Shown here piece by piece: positions 1 to 18,852 of a stretch of DNA of 64,000 nt (within the stretch, counting starts at the first letter, position 1; each line of letters starts with the position of its first letter). Source of the DNA: Azolla caroliniana (Eukaryota > Plantae > Polypodiophyta); contig JBHGNT010000004.1 in assembly GCA_043228905.1 (NCBI GenBank), positions 21,080,001 to 21,144,000 on the forward strand, given 5' to 3'. Below the pieces are notes generated by a model. The model was not told where the DNA came from. It worked only from the letters and a program-made list of their open reading frames with translations, and searched no databases. Both the position numbers and the translations under genes were made by a program.

Positions 1-13
1 CGAGCTGTGGGTT

Positions 14-21
14 TAGGGTTT
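14..21 (-). promoter_or_regulatory. telo-box (AAACCCTA) just upstream of RIO2
   Basis: TAGGGTTT at 14-21 within GGGTTTAGGGTTT, ~60 bp before the ATG; telo-boxes are typical of plant ribosome-biogenesis gene promoters and 5'UTRs. Confidence 0.55.
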
Positions 22-79
22 TTAGAGAAAAGTCAGAGACAGAGAGACAGAGACAGAGACAGAGACAGAGACAGAGACC

Positions 80-6846
<6,767 letters not shown>

Positions 6847-8055
6847 AGAGTGAGACCATTGAAGTGAAGTTATTAGTTATCTGGATGTCTTGGGAAAGAA
6901 GTTGATGGCTTCTGTGATGTCACGAGTAATACCTTTTCTATGAAAACTTATTTCCTGTAAAGTTTTTGGTTGTACTATGGAGCCTTCCTAATTGACTCGG
7001 AGGAATATCCAAGAGCATTCATTCGGGAAGTTCTCTTCAAGTCGAATATTAATGCATAAATTGATTCTTTAACATCACTGGTAGAAGTCTTTATTAAAAT
7101 CTGATAGAATTTCAGAAATGCAAGTATCAGGGGCATTATAGTATGACTGCTGTACAAAATAATCTATTGTGTATCCCTTTGAATTAGTTGTGAGCTTTTA
7201 AATAGCAACATGCTCAACTGAAAATATGATTTATAAAAATTTCCGTGTTAAGATGTCTTCTTGTTATTGTTGTCACTGTGGTTAAGGTAGAAATTTTCCT
7301 GTTTGCTCACATATCCTGTTTTATTTCGTTTTTGTTCGAGTTTTCTTGAAGCTTACACACCTGTCCCCTTTATTTCTTCTTTCATGCTCTTGCCATCGTC
7401 TGTCCTTCATGTGCTCTTTCTTTTGTATTCTGTCTGTAGTAGCTGTTAGATTGGCCAAATGTCCATGTAGCTATTCTTCACCTTACTGATCTTTTGGGAT
7501 TTTTTCTCCTCATCTAAATTGTGGTACTCCTAGAATTGTACTTCTTGTGGTGTACAAGCCAATTTGGCGTTGGGAATTGACACCCATTTAATGGTTCCTC
7601 TGTTATAGGTAATTGTTCCTTCTCGGCTTGTTGATGACATTGCACTATGAGCTTAGGTTGCACACTGTATGTTATGTGGAAAATGTGTTGATTGCTTATG
7701 TGTCCATCAAAGAACATAACAGATGTAGGCCAATTGTAGATGGAGAGCGTGAATAGCCAAATGGCCAAATGGTTGTGAATGAGCCAAACGGATCTTCATA
7801 TCTTGGGAAAATGTAGAAACTCTGAAACAATGTTATCATATTGGACCAGCTGGCACTATTTGGCTCATAATCAACGTAGGAGGGTTAGAAAGGGACGTCA
7901 TTAAAACTTGCATAGGTGGACAAAAACTAGTGGGTAAAGTAAGAAAAATTAAGGTTCATTCCTAGAGAGATCAGTACAAATGGCTGTCTACACGGCATCT
8001 GTCCGCGCGCCTTTACAAGTTAAAACACATTTTGTTGGGTCGTTCTGTTCCGATA

Positions 8056-8090
<35 letters not shown>

Positions 8091-8260
8091 AGCCCTGCCA
8101 AGCCATTCATCATTCATTGGACAAACAAGAAACACTTTAGCAAAAGAGACATTCTTCCTTTGGGTATGTCCCCAATGCCCACATTCTTCCTTTGGCTATG
8201 GCCTCTCTCTCTCACAGCTGCAGGTTCTGCGGTCTGTAGCATCCTGCAACGCCATATTGC

Positions 8261-10606
8261 ATGGGAAGGGTCGAGACTCTCGCTTCCCTGTTGAAACAGC
8301 ACATCAGTGCCAAGCGGCTCAGAGATGGGCAGCTCATCCATGCCCACATCTGCTGCCTCGGCTTCCATCGTCTCACCTTTCTTGGGAACTGCCTCATCCA
8401 GCTCTATGGCGCCTGCTGGATGCTCCATGACCTTCTTTCTGTCTTCCGCAGTATCTCCAAGCCCAACCTGCACACATGGAACATCCTCATCAACCTGTTC
8501 GGACAGTGTGGTCGGCTGGATGATGCCAAGCAAGTCTTCGATACCATACCTAATCCTGACATTGTCTCTTGGAACACACTCATTGCTGCATTCACACAGA
8601 ACGAGTGCCCGGAGGTGGCATTGGATCTTTTCCAGCAGATGCAGGTGAAGGGAGTGAAACCAAATGATGTCACACTGGTATGTGCACTGGATGCATGTAG
8701 CTGTCTGGCGGCACTTGAACAGGGAAAGCAACTTCATGCTGCTATAATCGATGGCGGATATGAGGAAGATGTTATCTTGGGCACTGCAGTTTTAAACATG
8801 TACAACAAATGTGCTAGTTTCGATGAAGCAAAGAGTGTGTTTACAAGTATTCCACACACCAATGCTGTCTCCTGGAACATCATGATTTTAGCATTCATAA
8901 AAAATGGATGCTGCAATGAGGCCAAAGCTCTCGTTGACCAAATGCAGGTTGAGGGTGTTAATCCAACATCTGTTACTTTCGTGCCTTTTGTTGATGCATG
9001 TGTCAACATCATAGAGGGGTACAACATCCATCATGTGATCATTGAACATGGATTTAATTCAACATCAGGTGTAGAAGCAGCTTTAGTCAATCTTTATTGT
9101 AAGCATGGGGCCCTTGCTGATGCAAAATGTGTGCTCTCAAACCAAGGAAAGAAGAATGTGGGAGCCTGGAATACAGCTATTTCAGCTTCTTCTCATGATG
9201 GTCGTTGGGAAGATGCATTAGATATTTTCCAGCAATTGTGTAATGAAAGTGTCAAACCAAATGATGTAACATTTCTGGGTGCCCTTAATGCATGCACACA
9301 AATGCAGGAGCTCAAACTATCACACGCAATTCACACCCACATTGTTTATGAAGATTTCCAGGAGGATATTTCAGTGAATACTGCCCTTGTCAATATGTAT
9401 GGAAAATGTGGGTATCTGAATGATGCGAGACGTATCTTCGATAAAATGCATGAAAGGAATACTATCTGCTGGACTGCCATGATGGGAGCATGTATTGAAA
9501 ATGGGTGTAATGAGGATGCATTGGAGTTGTTTTTCCGCATGTTTGTTAATTGTATACACCATGATAGTATTACAATTGGCTTTGCTATAGATTCTTGCCC
9601 CTGTTTTAGGAATTCTGAAATTCAAAAGAAGATTCATGTTACAGCTATTTCCGACAGTAAGCATGGATATGCTCCTGCTATTGGCAACGCTCTATTGAAA
9701 ATGTATGGTAAATGCGGAAATGTCAAGGACGCAAAGGTGGTGTTTGATAAAATGAAAAATCGGACTACTATTACTTGGACATTGATGATGGTAGTGTTTA
9801 TTCATTGTGATCAGAGCAAAGAAGCTTTCCAGTTATTTCAACGAATGCAACATGAAAGAATTGCAATGGATAAAGTTGCCTTTGCTTGTGCCCTCGATGC
9901 CTGTTCGGAAATTGTTTCTCTTAAAGAGGGACATGAGATTGAGATTTCTTTGCATGCCAATGGTTATGGTGAAGATTCCATGATTAGAAGTGCTCTGATT
10001 CGTATGTATGGGAAATGTGGAAGCCTGTTTGATGTGGAGAGAGTGTTTGAGAGCACAAAATCTAGAGATGTTGTTATGTGGACAGCTGTGATCACTGCAT
10101 TTGCTCAAAATGGATATAGTGAAAAGGTTCTTACCCTTTTCAGTGCAATGCAGAAGGAGGATATTAAACCAAATGAAATCACTTTCTTATGCGTACTTAA
10201 TGCTTGCAGTCATGCAGGCCTCATTGATATCGCGAGATACTTCTTTACTATGATGGATAGAGTTTATGGTCTTTGTCACACCATTGACCATTATATATGC
10301 ATGGTTGATCTTCTTGGTCGTGCAGGGCAACTTGAAGAGGCACAAGCCTTGATCCAAGAACTATCAACAGAGGAAGTTGCTGGAGCATGGATGTGTTTGC
10401 TTAGTGCTTGTAAAATTCACTCCGATATGGAAAGGGGTCAGCATGCTGCTAGTTGTTGCATCAAGTTAGATCCAAGAAATGATGCACCATATGTTGTATT
10501 ATCCAATATTTATGCAGATGCAGGTCGATGGAATGATGTCACGTTTGTTAGGGAATCTCTGTTGCTGGCATCTTCAGATTTAAATGAAACGTGGATGACC
10601 AGTTAA
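8261..10606 (+). CDS. PLS-class pentatricopeptide repeat protein with C-terminal E domain, no DYW (781 aa, intronless); probable organellar RNA-editing specificity factor
   Basis: Repeated P-L-S motifs (NLHTWNILINLFGQCGRLDDAKQVF, ALVNMYGKCG, KPNDVTF); C-terminal HYICMVDLLGRAGQLEEA, LLSACKIH and YVVLSNIYADAGRW. Confidence 0.95.
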   Translation: MGRVETLASLLKQHISAKRLRDGQLIHAHICCLGFHRLTFLGNCLIQLYGACWMLHDLLSVFRSISKPNLHTWNILINLFGQCGRLDDAKQVFDTIPNPDIVSWNTLIAAFTQNECPEVALDLFQQMQVKGVKPNDVTLVCALDACSCLAALEQGKQLHAAIIDGGYEEDVILGTAVLNMYNKCASFDEAKSVFTSIPHTNAVSWNIMILAFIKNGCCNEAKALVDQMQVEGVNPTSVTFVPFVDACVNIIEGYNIHHVIIEHGFNSTSGVEAALVNLYCKHGALADAKCVLSNQGKKNVGAWNTAISASSHDGRWEDALDIFQQLCNESVKPNDVTFLGALNACTQMQELKLSHAIHTHIVYEDFQEDISVNTALVNMYGKCGYLNDARRIFDKMHERNTICWTAMMGACIENGCNEDALELFFRMFVNCIHHDSITIGFAIDSCPCFRNSEIQKKIHVTAISDSKHGYAPAIGNALLKMYGKCGNVKDAKVVFDKMKNRTTITWTLMMVVFIHCDQSKEAFQLFQRMQHERIAMDKVAFACALDACSEIVSLKEGHEIEISLHANGYGEDSMIRSALIRMYGKCGSLFDVERVFESTKSRDVVMWTAVITAFAQNGYSEKVLTLFSAMQKEDIKPNEITFLCVLNACSHAGLIDIARYFFTMMDRVYGLCHTIDHYICMVDLLGRAGQLEEAQALIQELSTEEVAGAWMCLLSACKIHSDMERGQHAASCCIKLDPRNDAPYVVLSNIYADAGRWNDVTFVRESLLLASSDLNETWMTS

Positions 10607-12369
10607 CCGGAGCAAGAAAATGAAGGCATTGAATCTTGGGATGGTAGATGTGCCGTAGACAAGTCTTAAATTTAGAAAATCAATATAGCATCCTCGACAT
10701 GGGGAGAAGGCCATTCAATAAGTTAACAAATACAAAGCGAAAGTAATGATTCCCTCAAAATGGCCTCCCAGAGGTTGCATGGGAAGATGGATACTTTTCT
10801 AGAAAAACCACTTAAGGTTGGTTTAAAGACATCTGGAAATGGTTTGCATGATGGCATGTTGACGAATATCTGTATGTGCATGTAGTGCAAAAGAAAGGTA
10901 TTGGAGAACATGAGTCCCTGTTTTACCCTACTGCATTGGAATCTCTCCAATCAAAATGGATATCCCAACATAGATCTAAGCTCGAGTACTGATGGATTGG
11001 TATCGATCCTCAATGTTGGAAAGTTTACTAACGGCAGTTGGCCATTGCCCAAGTTCACATCCAGATGACCCTTGCTGAAGTGAGCGAGACATGCCAAATC
11101 ACATTAATGCAACTGGGGATTGGATGAATATGGAGCAGAAAAAAGAGTGTGTAGCCGCTCGCTGTTCCCACAATTTTAGCCGAAACTGAAGAAAATGACA
11201 TTTAAGAATGCGTTACGAATCAGTACATCAAACATGATTTTTAAGGAATACCACAATGTTGTACTAGCCTTCACAAACTCCTGAAGAGGATGGAACCATT
11301 GTTGATGTCACCTGGAATGCACTTTTCTTGTCTAACTTGACCACATAACCAAACACATGGAAAATTCAAGTAATGAAATTAGGAAATAACCTTGATTTTT
11401 CAGCTTTCCACTTGCCCTTTGTTCTACCATTTAAAAATTCCCCATGCTTTATTTAGTGGAGTAAAAGTAGAGCTTAAACAAGTATTATGAATTTATGCTA
11501 AAAATATTTTAGGAACATCTCCATACTTCTTCAATGCGTTTTAAAACAAGTACACGTATATGTTTGTGTACAGAGGTTCATCCTAGTTTGTAAGGTGTAT
11601 AATTGATCAACATGCATACTTTGACTCAAAACCTGCCTATTTAAATGTTATTTCCCCTCAAACTTAGGTAGCCGCCTTTATTGGTTGGGCTGCCATGGCC
11701 ATTGCCTTTATTAGTTTCCATGGCCTAGTGTCGGTCCACCCTCACCTCTCCAACATTGTGCTCGTCTCTATTGAGGAGACTCTATGGCGTCATTGTTGGT
11801 GGCCTCTATGAGCCACAATTGCTATCACCTTGGGTGTGGCTACCACCCTAGGTTTCTTGCTTTAGGGCATGGTTGTTTCACACATTTGTCGTTTCCCACA
11901 TCAGCCCTTGACCAACACATATAGCATGGTTAAATATATATGATATATCTAAACATATTTGTATAAAACACACACACACACAATACCCCTTCTCCACTCA
12001 CACTCAACACCTATAATTTATTATTATTTTGGTTACACCGTTTGCCCTCACAATTATACATATTATTTTCTTGTAATTGCAAATCAACCCACCAAAACCT
12101 CACTCTATTCCTCTTGAATACTGTTTTATTATCCAATTTTCAAACACTCATATTGCTTGCATATTTTTTGTTGCATACTAACAACTAACATCATGGGACA
12201 ACCCTTGGGCATCGTTAGTGCGATTTCTCTTATTGACAACTCTTAACTCTAGTCTGCAGGCCGAACTCCATCAGAGATCACTCTTGACCAATGCTAGCTA
12301 CTACTGTGAATTAATTAGAATAATGGTGGAAAGTTTATATCGCTTTATAAAAAAAATTCCAAGAGTTGA

Positions 12370-13080
12370 TTGTTGGTTCAACGTAGTAGTTAGCAAATGC
12401 TCAATAGTGATCCTTGTTGGAGTGCAAATACAAATTGGAAGTAAAGAGTTTTTCGTACACAAGAGTTGTTCCATGATGATAGTTATTTACATGCAATGAA
12501 AATAAGGAGGTATCGTATATGCATGTGAGATGAATGCTTGAAAATTGGATTGTAAAACATTATTCAAGAAAGCATCCCATGTTTGTAACGGTCTAGCCAT
12601 ATGAGAAGTGATTCTAGATTTGGTAACTATTGTAAGACAGTGGTATTTTTAAACATATAGGGGGAAACATAAGTGATATGCCCTTCTTGGATCTCTATCT
12701 TGAATATGCATGGTAGCTCCCAAAAGACTTAGCCATGGGCTTTGAATCAAGATTATTTTTCTAAATTCTCATTTATTTGATGAATTGTCAACCCAACGTG
12801 TGTTAGTCTAGTTAAGAGAATAAAGTATTACATGCGAAAACAAGGGAGCTCACAATTAGTATCATAGTCTTGCAAGTAACAAGCAAATGTTATTACAGAC
12901 AACAAAGCAAAAAGAAGGCAAGGTCATTGCTATGATGAGAAATACCAAAATTTTGGTTTGGAAAACCGTTTGTTGCCTACCAAAAGTGAGAATGCGATAA
13001 GCAAATGAAAGGTGAGATGTACATATCTATGCATCAAAACATTGTAATTGTTATTTCTTGTGTGTGGAAAGATCATGTTC
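12370..13080 (-). mobile_element. old relic (LTR, PBS-like site, leader, gag start) of the gypsy family at 46264-48700
   Basis: Colinear similarity to 48030-48680, e.g. ttccatgatg, aataaggagg, atgaatgcttgaaa, catatgaga.gtgattc.aga, gtaacaagcaaatgttat. Confidence 0.7.
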
Positions 13081-13104
13081 AAATTTGTTTCAATAACATG
13101 ATCT

Positions 13105-13400
13105 AAGAATCAACAACAGTTCGGTTTCGACTTAGCCAGTTTGGCCTTGTCCAAACTAAACCGATTAAGGCTTAATAGGTTTGGAGGTTTTCAAACTTGA
13201 ACCGAACCAATTCTTAAACCGGTTAAGCCTAAACATGTTTAGGAACTGGTTTGGCCCAAAAAGATTCAGTTTGGTTGGAACCTTGCGAAACTGAGCTCAA
13301 ACAGGTTTGGGAAGCTCAAGCCTAAACCGAGCCCAACTGCCAAATCGTTTAAAAACGGTTTAACGGCTCAATTTAGGCTTGCGTTGAGTCATTGTTCAGT
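13105..13400. mobile_element. AACCG/CGGTT-rich hAT/MITE-like non-autonomous DNA transposon remnant
   Basis: Dense aaaccg/ggttt/gaaccg motifs in both orientations, as in Ac-type subterminal repeats; no clean TIR/TSD found. Confidence 0.4.
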
Positions 13401-13829
13401 CCTAGTCACACCCAAGGTAACAACCATTATGCCTTACAAAGGCAACCAAGAATGATAGCCCCAACGGTTCATTAAGCTAACAATGATGCCAGAGGTCACT
13501 CAATAGGGGCAAGGGTGATGATGCAAAGATGAGGGTGGAACGACAAGTCTAGGTCGTGGAATCTAACAAAGGTGGTGGCTATGACAATCAATAAAGACGG
13601 CTACCACAATGAAGTGGTGGTTGTAGCAACATGTCGTGGTCTAAGGTAGCAAACCCCCAAAGGAAGGTAGAGCAACCCAATATGGCATTCATAATAATTG
13701 ATCACGGTAGTTCTATAACAACCTACCATGTTCGCAAAAAGGCACTAAGAACTATTACAAAGCCAACCACAATGGTGATGGTGGTTGTAAAAAATTATAC
13801 TACTAATTTAATTTAGCATGCAATGACAA

Positions 13830-14873
13830 TGTAATACACAATATGCAATAGGACCATGTGTTGAGTGTGTGCAATTAGTGCAAACATACTGGACCCGATG
13901 CCCAATGGTCAACTTTGCATTGTAATGACATTACCTGCAAGCATGATTCAGAAGAGGAAAGGACGAGTAAACGTCATTACAAACTCTAGTTCGCCTAACT
14001 TAACACATCGTTGAAAATGCAAGAGAAAGAAAAAGAAAAAGATCAAGTTTCAAGTGTTGTTTTGACCTTGAGAGGAGCACGATGATCCATGTTCAATCCT
14101 CGTTGCTCAAACAAAAAACAAACAACACAAAAGAAATTGTTAGCAAATTTGGTGAAATACCAACTATTATGATTGTAGAATAAATTGAAGTAAAAAAGGT
14201 AAATAGATTAGATAGAGGAACCCAATCCTCCTTACTACCATGAGCTATGATCAAGACATAACCAACCTACCACTAGCATGCCATATTGATGGAGATTAGG
14301 ATGATCGGTATCGTGGAAAAGTTAACACGATAGCAACGATAAAAGCCTAGCCTATGTCCCTTGGTGTCTCACAACTTTAGCCTTCCCACGTAATGTCCCC
14401 TATAAGGGGAGCTAGACCTCATATTTATGAATCGTCTGAGGCCCCTTGAATAGGTGTGCCTTGTTAAAAGACTCTCCATTGCTAGTTCGCAAGATTAGGA
14501 TAGTGCATGTTAACTACCATGATAGTGCATGTACTTATCATTCGCGTATATTCCAATCTTATTAGTCCCGCTCTAAACCGCGACGGCTTAACGACTCAAC
14601 GACTCAACAACTTAAATTGAAAATTGAAACCAAATTGTGAAACCACAGTTCTAATGTTTGAAAATCTCTAAAACTGCTTGGTTTGAGCTTGCTTTTTTTT
14701 TAATGGTCGGTGTAAACAGTTTCGTGGTTTGTTTAAGTTTAAATGATTTAAACGATTTAATTTTAAATGGTTTGAGTTTGACACTCTCGAACCGAACCGT
14801 TACTAATTGTTACCTTAACTTATGTTTTGTAAATATTAGCGACCTACCCTCACCTATGTTATGAGTACATAAC
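13830..14873 (-). mobile_element. relic of the non-coding LTR element family at 48830-49606/55622-56231 (LTR ~14166-14873), interrupted by an AACCG-rich MITE at ~14570-14805
   Basis: Colinear with 49433-49480 and 55635-56231 (gacata.ccaacctaccac, ggccccttgaatag.tgtgcc, gacctaccctcaccta.gttatg.gtacataac). Confidence 0.7.
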
Positions 14874-15289
14874 GGGCAAACCTTGCTATTTTGCGCATGT
14901 CATTTCACATCCAACAATTGAGGCTACATTCATGGGTACGAATGGATTTTATCCATGAGCTCTAGTGGTAGTAGGGTTGGGGCACGCTGCACAACAAAGA
15001 TCCAAACAAGTCAAAATTTTCTTTATTGGGGATCATTGGGTTTCAGAGGATTCGACGATATCAAATGCAAGCATGGATTAAATTTACGGGTACACACTAT
15101 CATGGGGCCTTTGTCAACAATTACGGTAGTTGGGGAAATTATATATTCAAGTGGATTCAAGAGAACCGCTATAAACAAGCATGGCATCAGGGTTGGATTG
15201 GCGCCTCTTCTCAATAGTTTTAAGTTTTAACCCTCACCCATGGAGCATACAACACTATGTGAGTATTTTATACATACTCTCATGTCTGT

Positions 15290-15470
15290 ACTTGTGTATA
15301 TACGTATACACATATGTACATAATAACATATACATATACAAATACACATACATGTATATACACCACGTATACACATACATATATATACGGTATACGTATA
15401 TGTACACATACACATATACATATGTGCATATACATGTACATATACACATACACATACACATACATATACA
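15290..15470. repeat. compound (TA/CA/TACA) microsatellite immediately upstream of the CPP1-like ATG
   Basis: tatacatatacacatacatg... low-complexity tract. Confidence 0.85.
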
Positions 15471-15503
15471 TCATCTTCATCCTTCAAATCCTGTGTATGG
15501 GCA

Positions 15504-18500
15504 ATGGAGACTTGTGCAGCTCAGCTCTCCCTCGCCCCAATTCCAGCTTTTGTTCGTGGACATGGTCTGCAGTCTACACGGTAGTTTTCTCTCTGTCTGT
15601 CTGTCTGTCTGTCTCTCTCTCCTGACTGTCTGACTGGTGGCCTTTTATTATTTATGCTCACCACAGCACAAGGTTGTTGAGGCTCAACAGGGGAGGAGCT
15701 CCACACATACGCAGTAGCAGGTCCGGGGTTTCTCTTTCCGCTGGAGTCGTGTGTACTCTGGACAAGTCGTTTGATGGCGACTCCAACATGGGTATGCTCT
15801 CTCTTCCGCCATCTCTATAACATTTCCACTCTATTTGTGTTGTGTCCTTTGTAAAATTAAGTTATCCAAATTATAAACCCTACTGTAATTTGCAAGAAAC
15901 ATGAGGGAGATGAGATAAGAGTGTCTGAGGACAAAACAGATGAAGGGGGAACGAACAACAAAGGGATTAGATGGGAACATAAAATTTAAGTAAAAAAGAT
16001 GGCACAAATAGTAGGTGGTTATGAGTCTTTCGGAGTGTTTTATAAATAAAATGGGAAAGGAAGCCAAAAGATGAAGCATATGCGCAATCCTGGATTGGTT
16101 TTCTATTACGTTTGTGTTGGTCTTATCCATCCAAACATCTTTTTGTGATTACACATGCTCATTATAAACTCTTATATAATTCGTTTGGCTTCACCTCTTG
16201 GGCTATGTTCTATAAACAAAAAAAGAAAAGTTATATGTATACCTAATGTATAAACGAAGTCCAAATTGAACTGGTATTCTTTTTCACTTCAGTGTAAAGA
16301 GAGATACTTCAACATATGTGATGTTTAGGAACACTTATCAAATCTGTATGAAAGCATTGTGCAAACAAGAAATTAATTTGCAAAAGAATCCACAAGAATG
16401 ATATACAAGATGCATTCAAGAAGTTTGTTGAACATGCTGAAAACCAGCTGGTACTGGTACAGAAATTAAGGTATATACTGATAAGGTATGCATCAGAAGG
16501 CGTTCTTGTTGATTTTGGGGTTAAATGAAATTTGCAAGCATACCATGTTTGATAATATATCCAAAATTAGTGTTGGCAAAAGTTCCAATTGCACCATTCC
16601 AGAGAAGACTATCGCTATGCTGAGAAACAAAAGTTTGACTCAAGATTTTGGGTTGTGATAGAGAAAACTGCCCTATTATAAGACAAGGGTGGAAAAGCAA
16701 CCTGTTGTGAGGCATAAGATGTCGCTTTAAACAAGTATAATAAAATGAAAAAACTGAAAAAGAGATACAAAGACAAGATTTGAATAGAAAAAATCACTTT
16801 CAGCATTAGAAAACAAAAACTATCTGTTCATCTCCCAGGCATATTGTTTCCTGCAATTACGATTTACCCATATATCCAACGGGAAATATAATAACTTTTC
16901 GGGTTTGGTGATGTTGGATAAAGTGATATGCAATACCATCTATGAGTACCAGAAGCAGCCATTTCTCTCTAAGAGATTGGTATGGAATTCAACCCCCACC
17001 TTCAACCTATTGGTTGCTTCCATTGATTAATAAGAGTGAAGAGAATTGGGAAATAAAAAATGTAATTGGCTAAGAATGGAATGTGTGGCTAAGATTGATG
17101 AAGCTAGGACAGTATTTGGCGCTGAGCTGTGTCTAAAGGGTGATAAATTGGTTTCATAATGGTTTTGACCAGTATCAGATGTCTTGATTTTGTATAGAGG
17201 AACAACTTTTATATTTCCAAAATGTGAGAGTAGACGGTAGTAGCTGTATCACAATAAATGTTGTGTTTCAGAAAATATGGAATATATTCATAAAATTATT
17301 ATATTTCTGCCCATATTTAAAGCACTAACACTAAACCCTATACAAGGATCTGACATCAAATTAGTTTGTAAATCCAATTAATTTAGCTGAAATTTGGTAA
17401 TTAATTCCAGAAACAACATTTCATGTGTTTTGATGAAACGGTTTTGTTTCATATGAACTGCATTTCTTTTGTTAGTGCGGATATTAGTAGACTAATAATA
17501 GTTTGACTGAAACGCTGGAATTGAAATGCATGTGAAGAATGTCATGGCAATCAAGAATTATCAGGTCAGTAGAAGGGGTTTACATGAAGAATATAGAGTG
17601 CAAGATTACAGTTGACCATGCCTATCTAAATGAATAATTCGAATGTCTCTAGTTCCCTACAATATGTGAAAGTTTTGAAGAAAGAGGGTTACACTTTCTG
17701 TAAAGGCCTATCTTTACAATTATAGAATGTTGCAGTGCTAATTATGTGTGACATTCTAATAGACTTGACATATTTGGATATTTATGAGCACAATGAGAGG
17801 AAATTGTCATAAGTTACTTCCATTTTGTAATAAGAGATCTATATCTGGATTTGTAAGAGATGAACAGGAATTATATACACCTCTAATGGTAGATGGTAGC
17901 TGGACGCCTTGAAACAAATCTATGTAATATCACGCATATGAGAGCAAAGAAATAACCCTATTCATGAAATAAAGCAAGAATCTGGATATGGTTTTAGATG
18001 AGGCATGATCATTATTGTGATGCAAGCGTTTTAACTTGTGTTTTTGGATGCCAAATTGATGATTTATCCCAGGGACAATGTCTGTTTTTCCAAGGATTAA
18101 TGTGCGAGATCCTTTCAAGCGGTTAGGTATCAGTCGAGATGCATCTGAAGAGGAGATCCAAGAGGCACGCAACTTTCTTGCACAACAGTACGCAGCACAT
18201 GAAAGAAGCAGGGAATCTATTGAGGCTGCTCATGACAAAATTATCATGGAAAGCTATCGAGCACGGAAGAAATCCAAAATCAATCTCAAGAGCAATCTGA
18301 AAAAGAAGGTTGAGGATTCACCACCTTGGTTCCGAAATTTCTTGAGTTTGTTCGAGTTTCCATCCTCTCAAATCATTCTACAGAGGGCTGCCTTTTTTAT
18401 TCTCATGGGAGTGTGGAGTGTTATGAATCCAGCAGAAGGGGGGCCAGCGTTTCAGGTACAATTCCTAAACAAGAACTATGAGCTATTTCAAGAGGTTTTA

Positions 18501-18852
18501 GACTGTCAATCTCTTGAAGTAGCAGAGATTTTATTATGATTGCAGGTTGCCATTTCACTAGCAGGGTGCATCTACCTTCTGAATTACAGGCTTAAAAGCA
18601 TCGGTAGATCATTCGTTCTTGGGTAAGTGATTGGGTTTTGTTTATTAATTAGAATTCTAAATTTTTCAAGTGAGCTGTGTGATGTATTGAGTTGTTTCCA
18701 GTTTTGGCGGGCTCGTTTTTGGATGGCTCTGCGGCTCTTTCCTTGTGCCCGTGTTTCCAGCAGCCTTGTTACCTCCAAGCTGGAGTCTTGAGCTTCTTAC
18801 TGCACTTATTTCCTATGTGTTCTTGTGGTTTTCATGCACCTTCCTAAAATAA
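15504..18852 (+). CDS. CHAPERONE-LIKE PROTEIN OF POR1-like / DUF3353 J-like domain chloroplast membrane protein, 5 exons
   Basis: Exons 15504-15580, 15667-15791, 18073-18455, 18546-18622, 18702-18852, all GT-AG with consistent phase. Transit-peptide-like [19 protein letters not shown]...[12 protein letters not shown], then [43 protein letters not shown] and hydrophobic TM segments ending CTFLK*. Confidence 0.9.

Larger units (their letters stand above)
11667..13606. repeat. diverged inverted repeat pair (11667-11845 and 13402-13606)
   Basis: Reverse complement of ggtagccgcctttattggttg...ccttgggtgtggcta aligns with tagtcacacccaaggt...caatcaataaagacggctacc. Confidence 0.65.

Noticed and set aside
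14880-15230. Small ORFs, possibly a LINE endonuclease remnant
   Set aside because: Similarity too weak to call by eye
15181-15633. Several ORFs rich in Y/I/H/M/C/V
   Set aside because: Translations of the TA/CA microsatellite
16290-16530. Extra exon of the CPP1-like gene
   Set aside because: Exon 2 (phase 1) joins exon 3 directly, giving the expected sequence; this stretch has stops or the wrong phase
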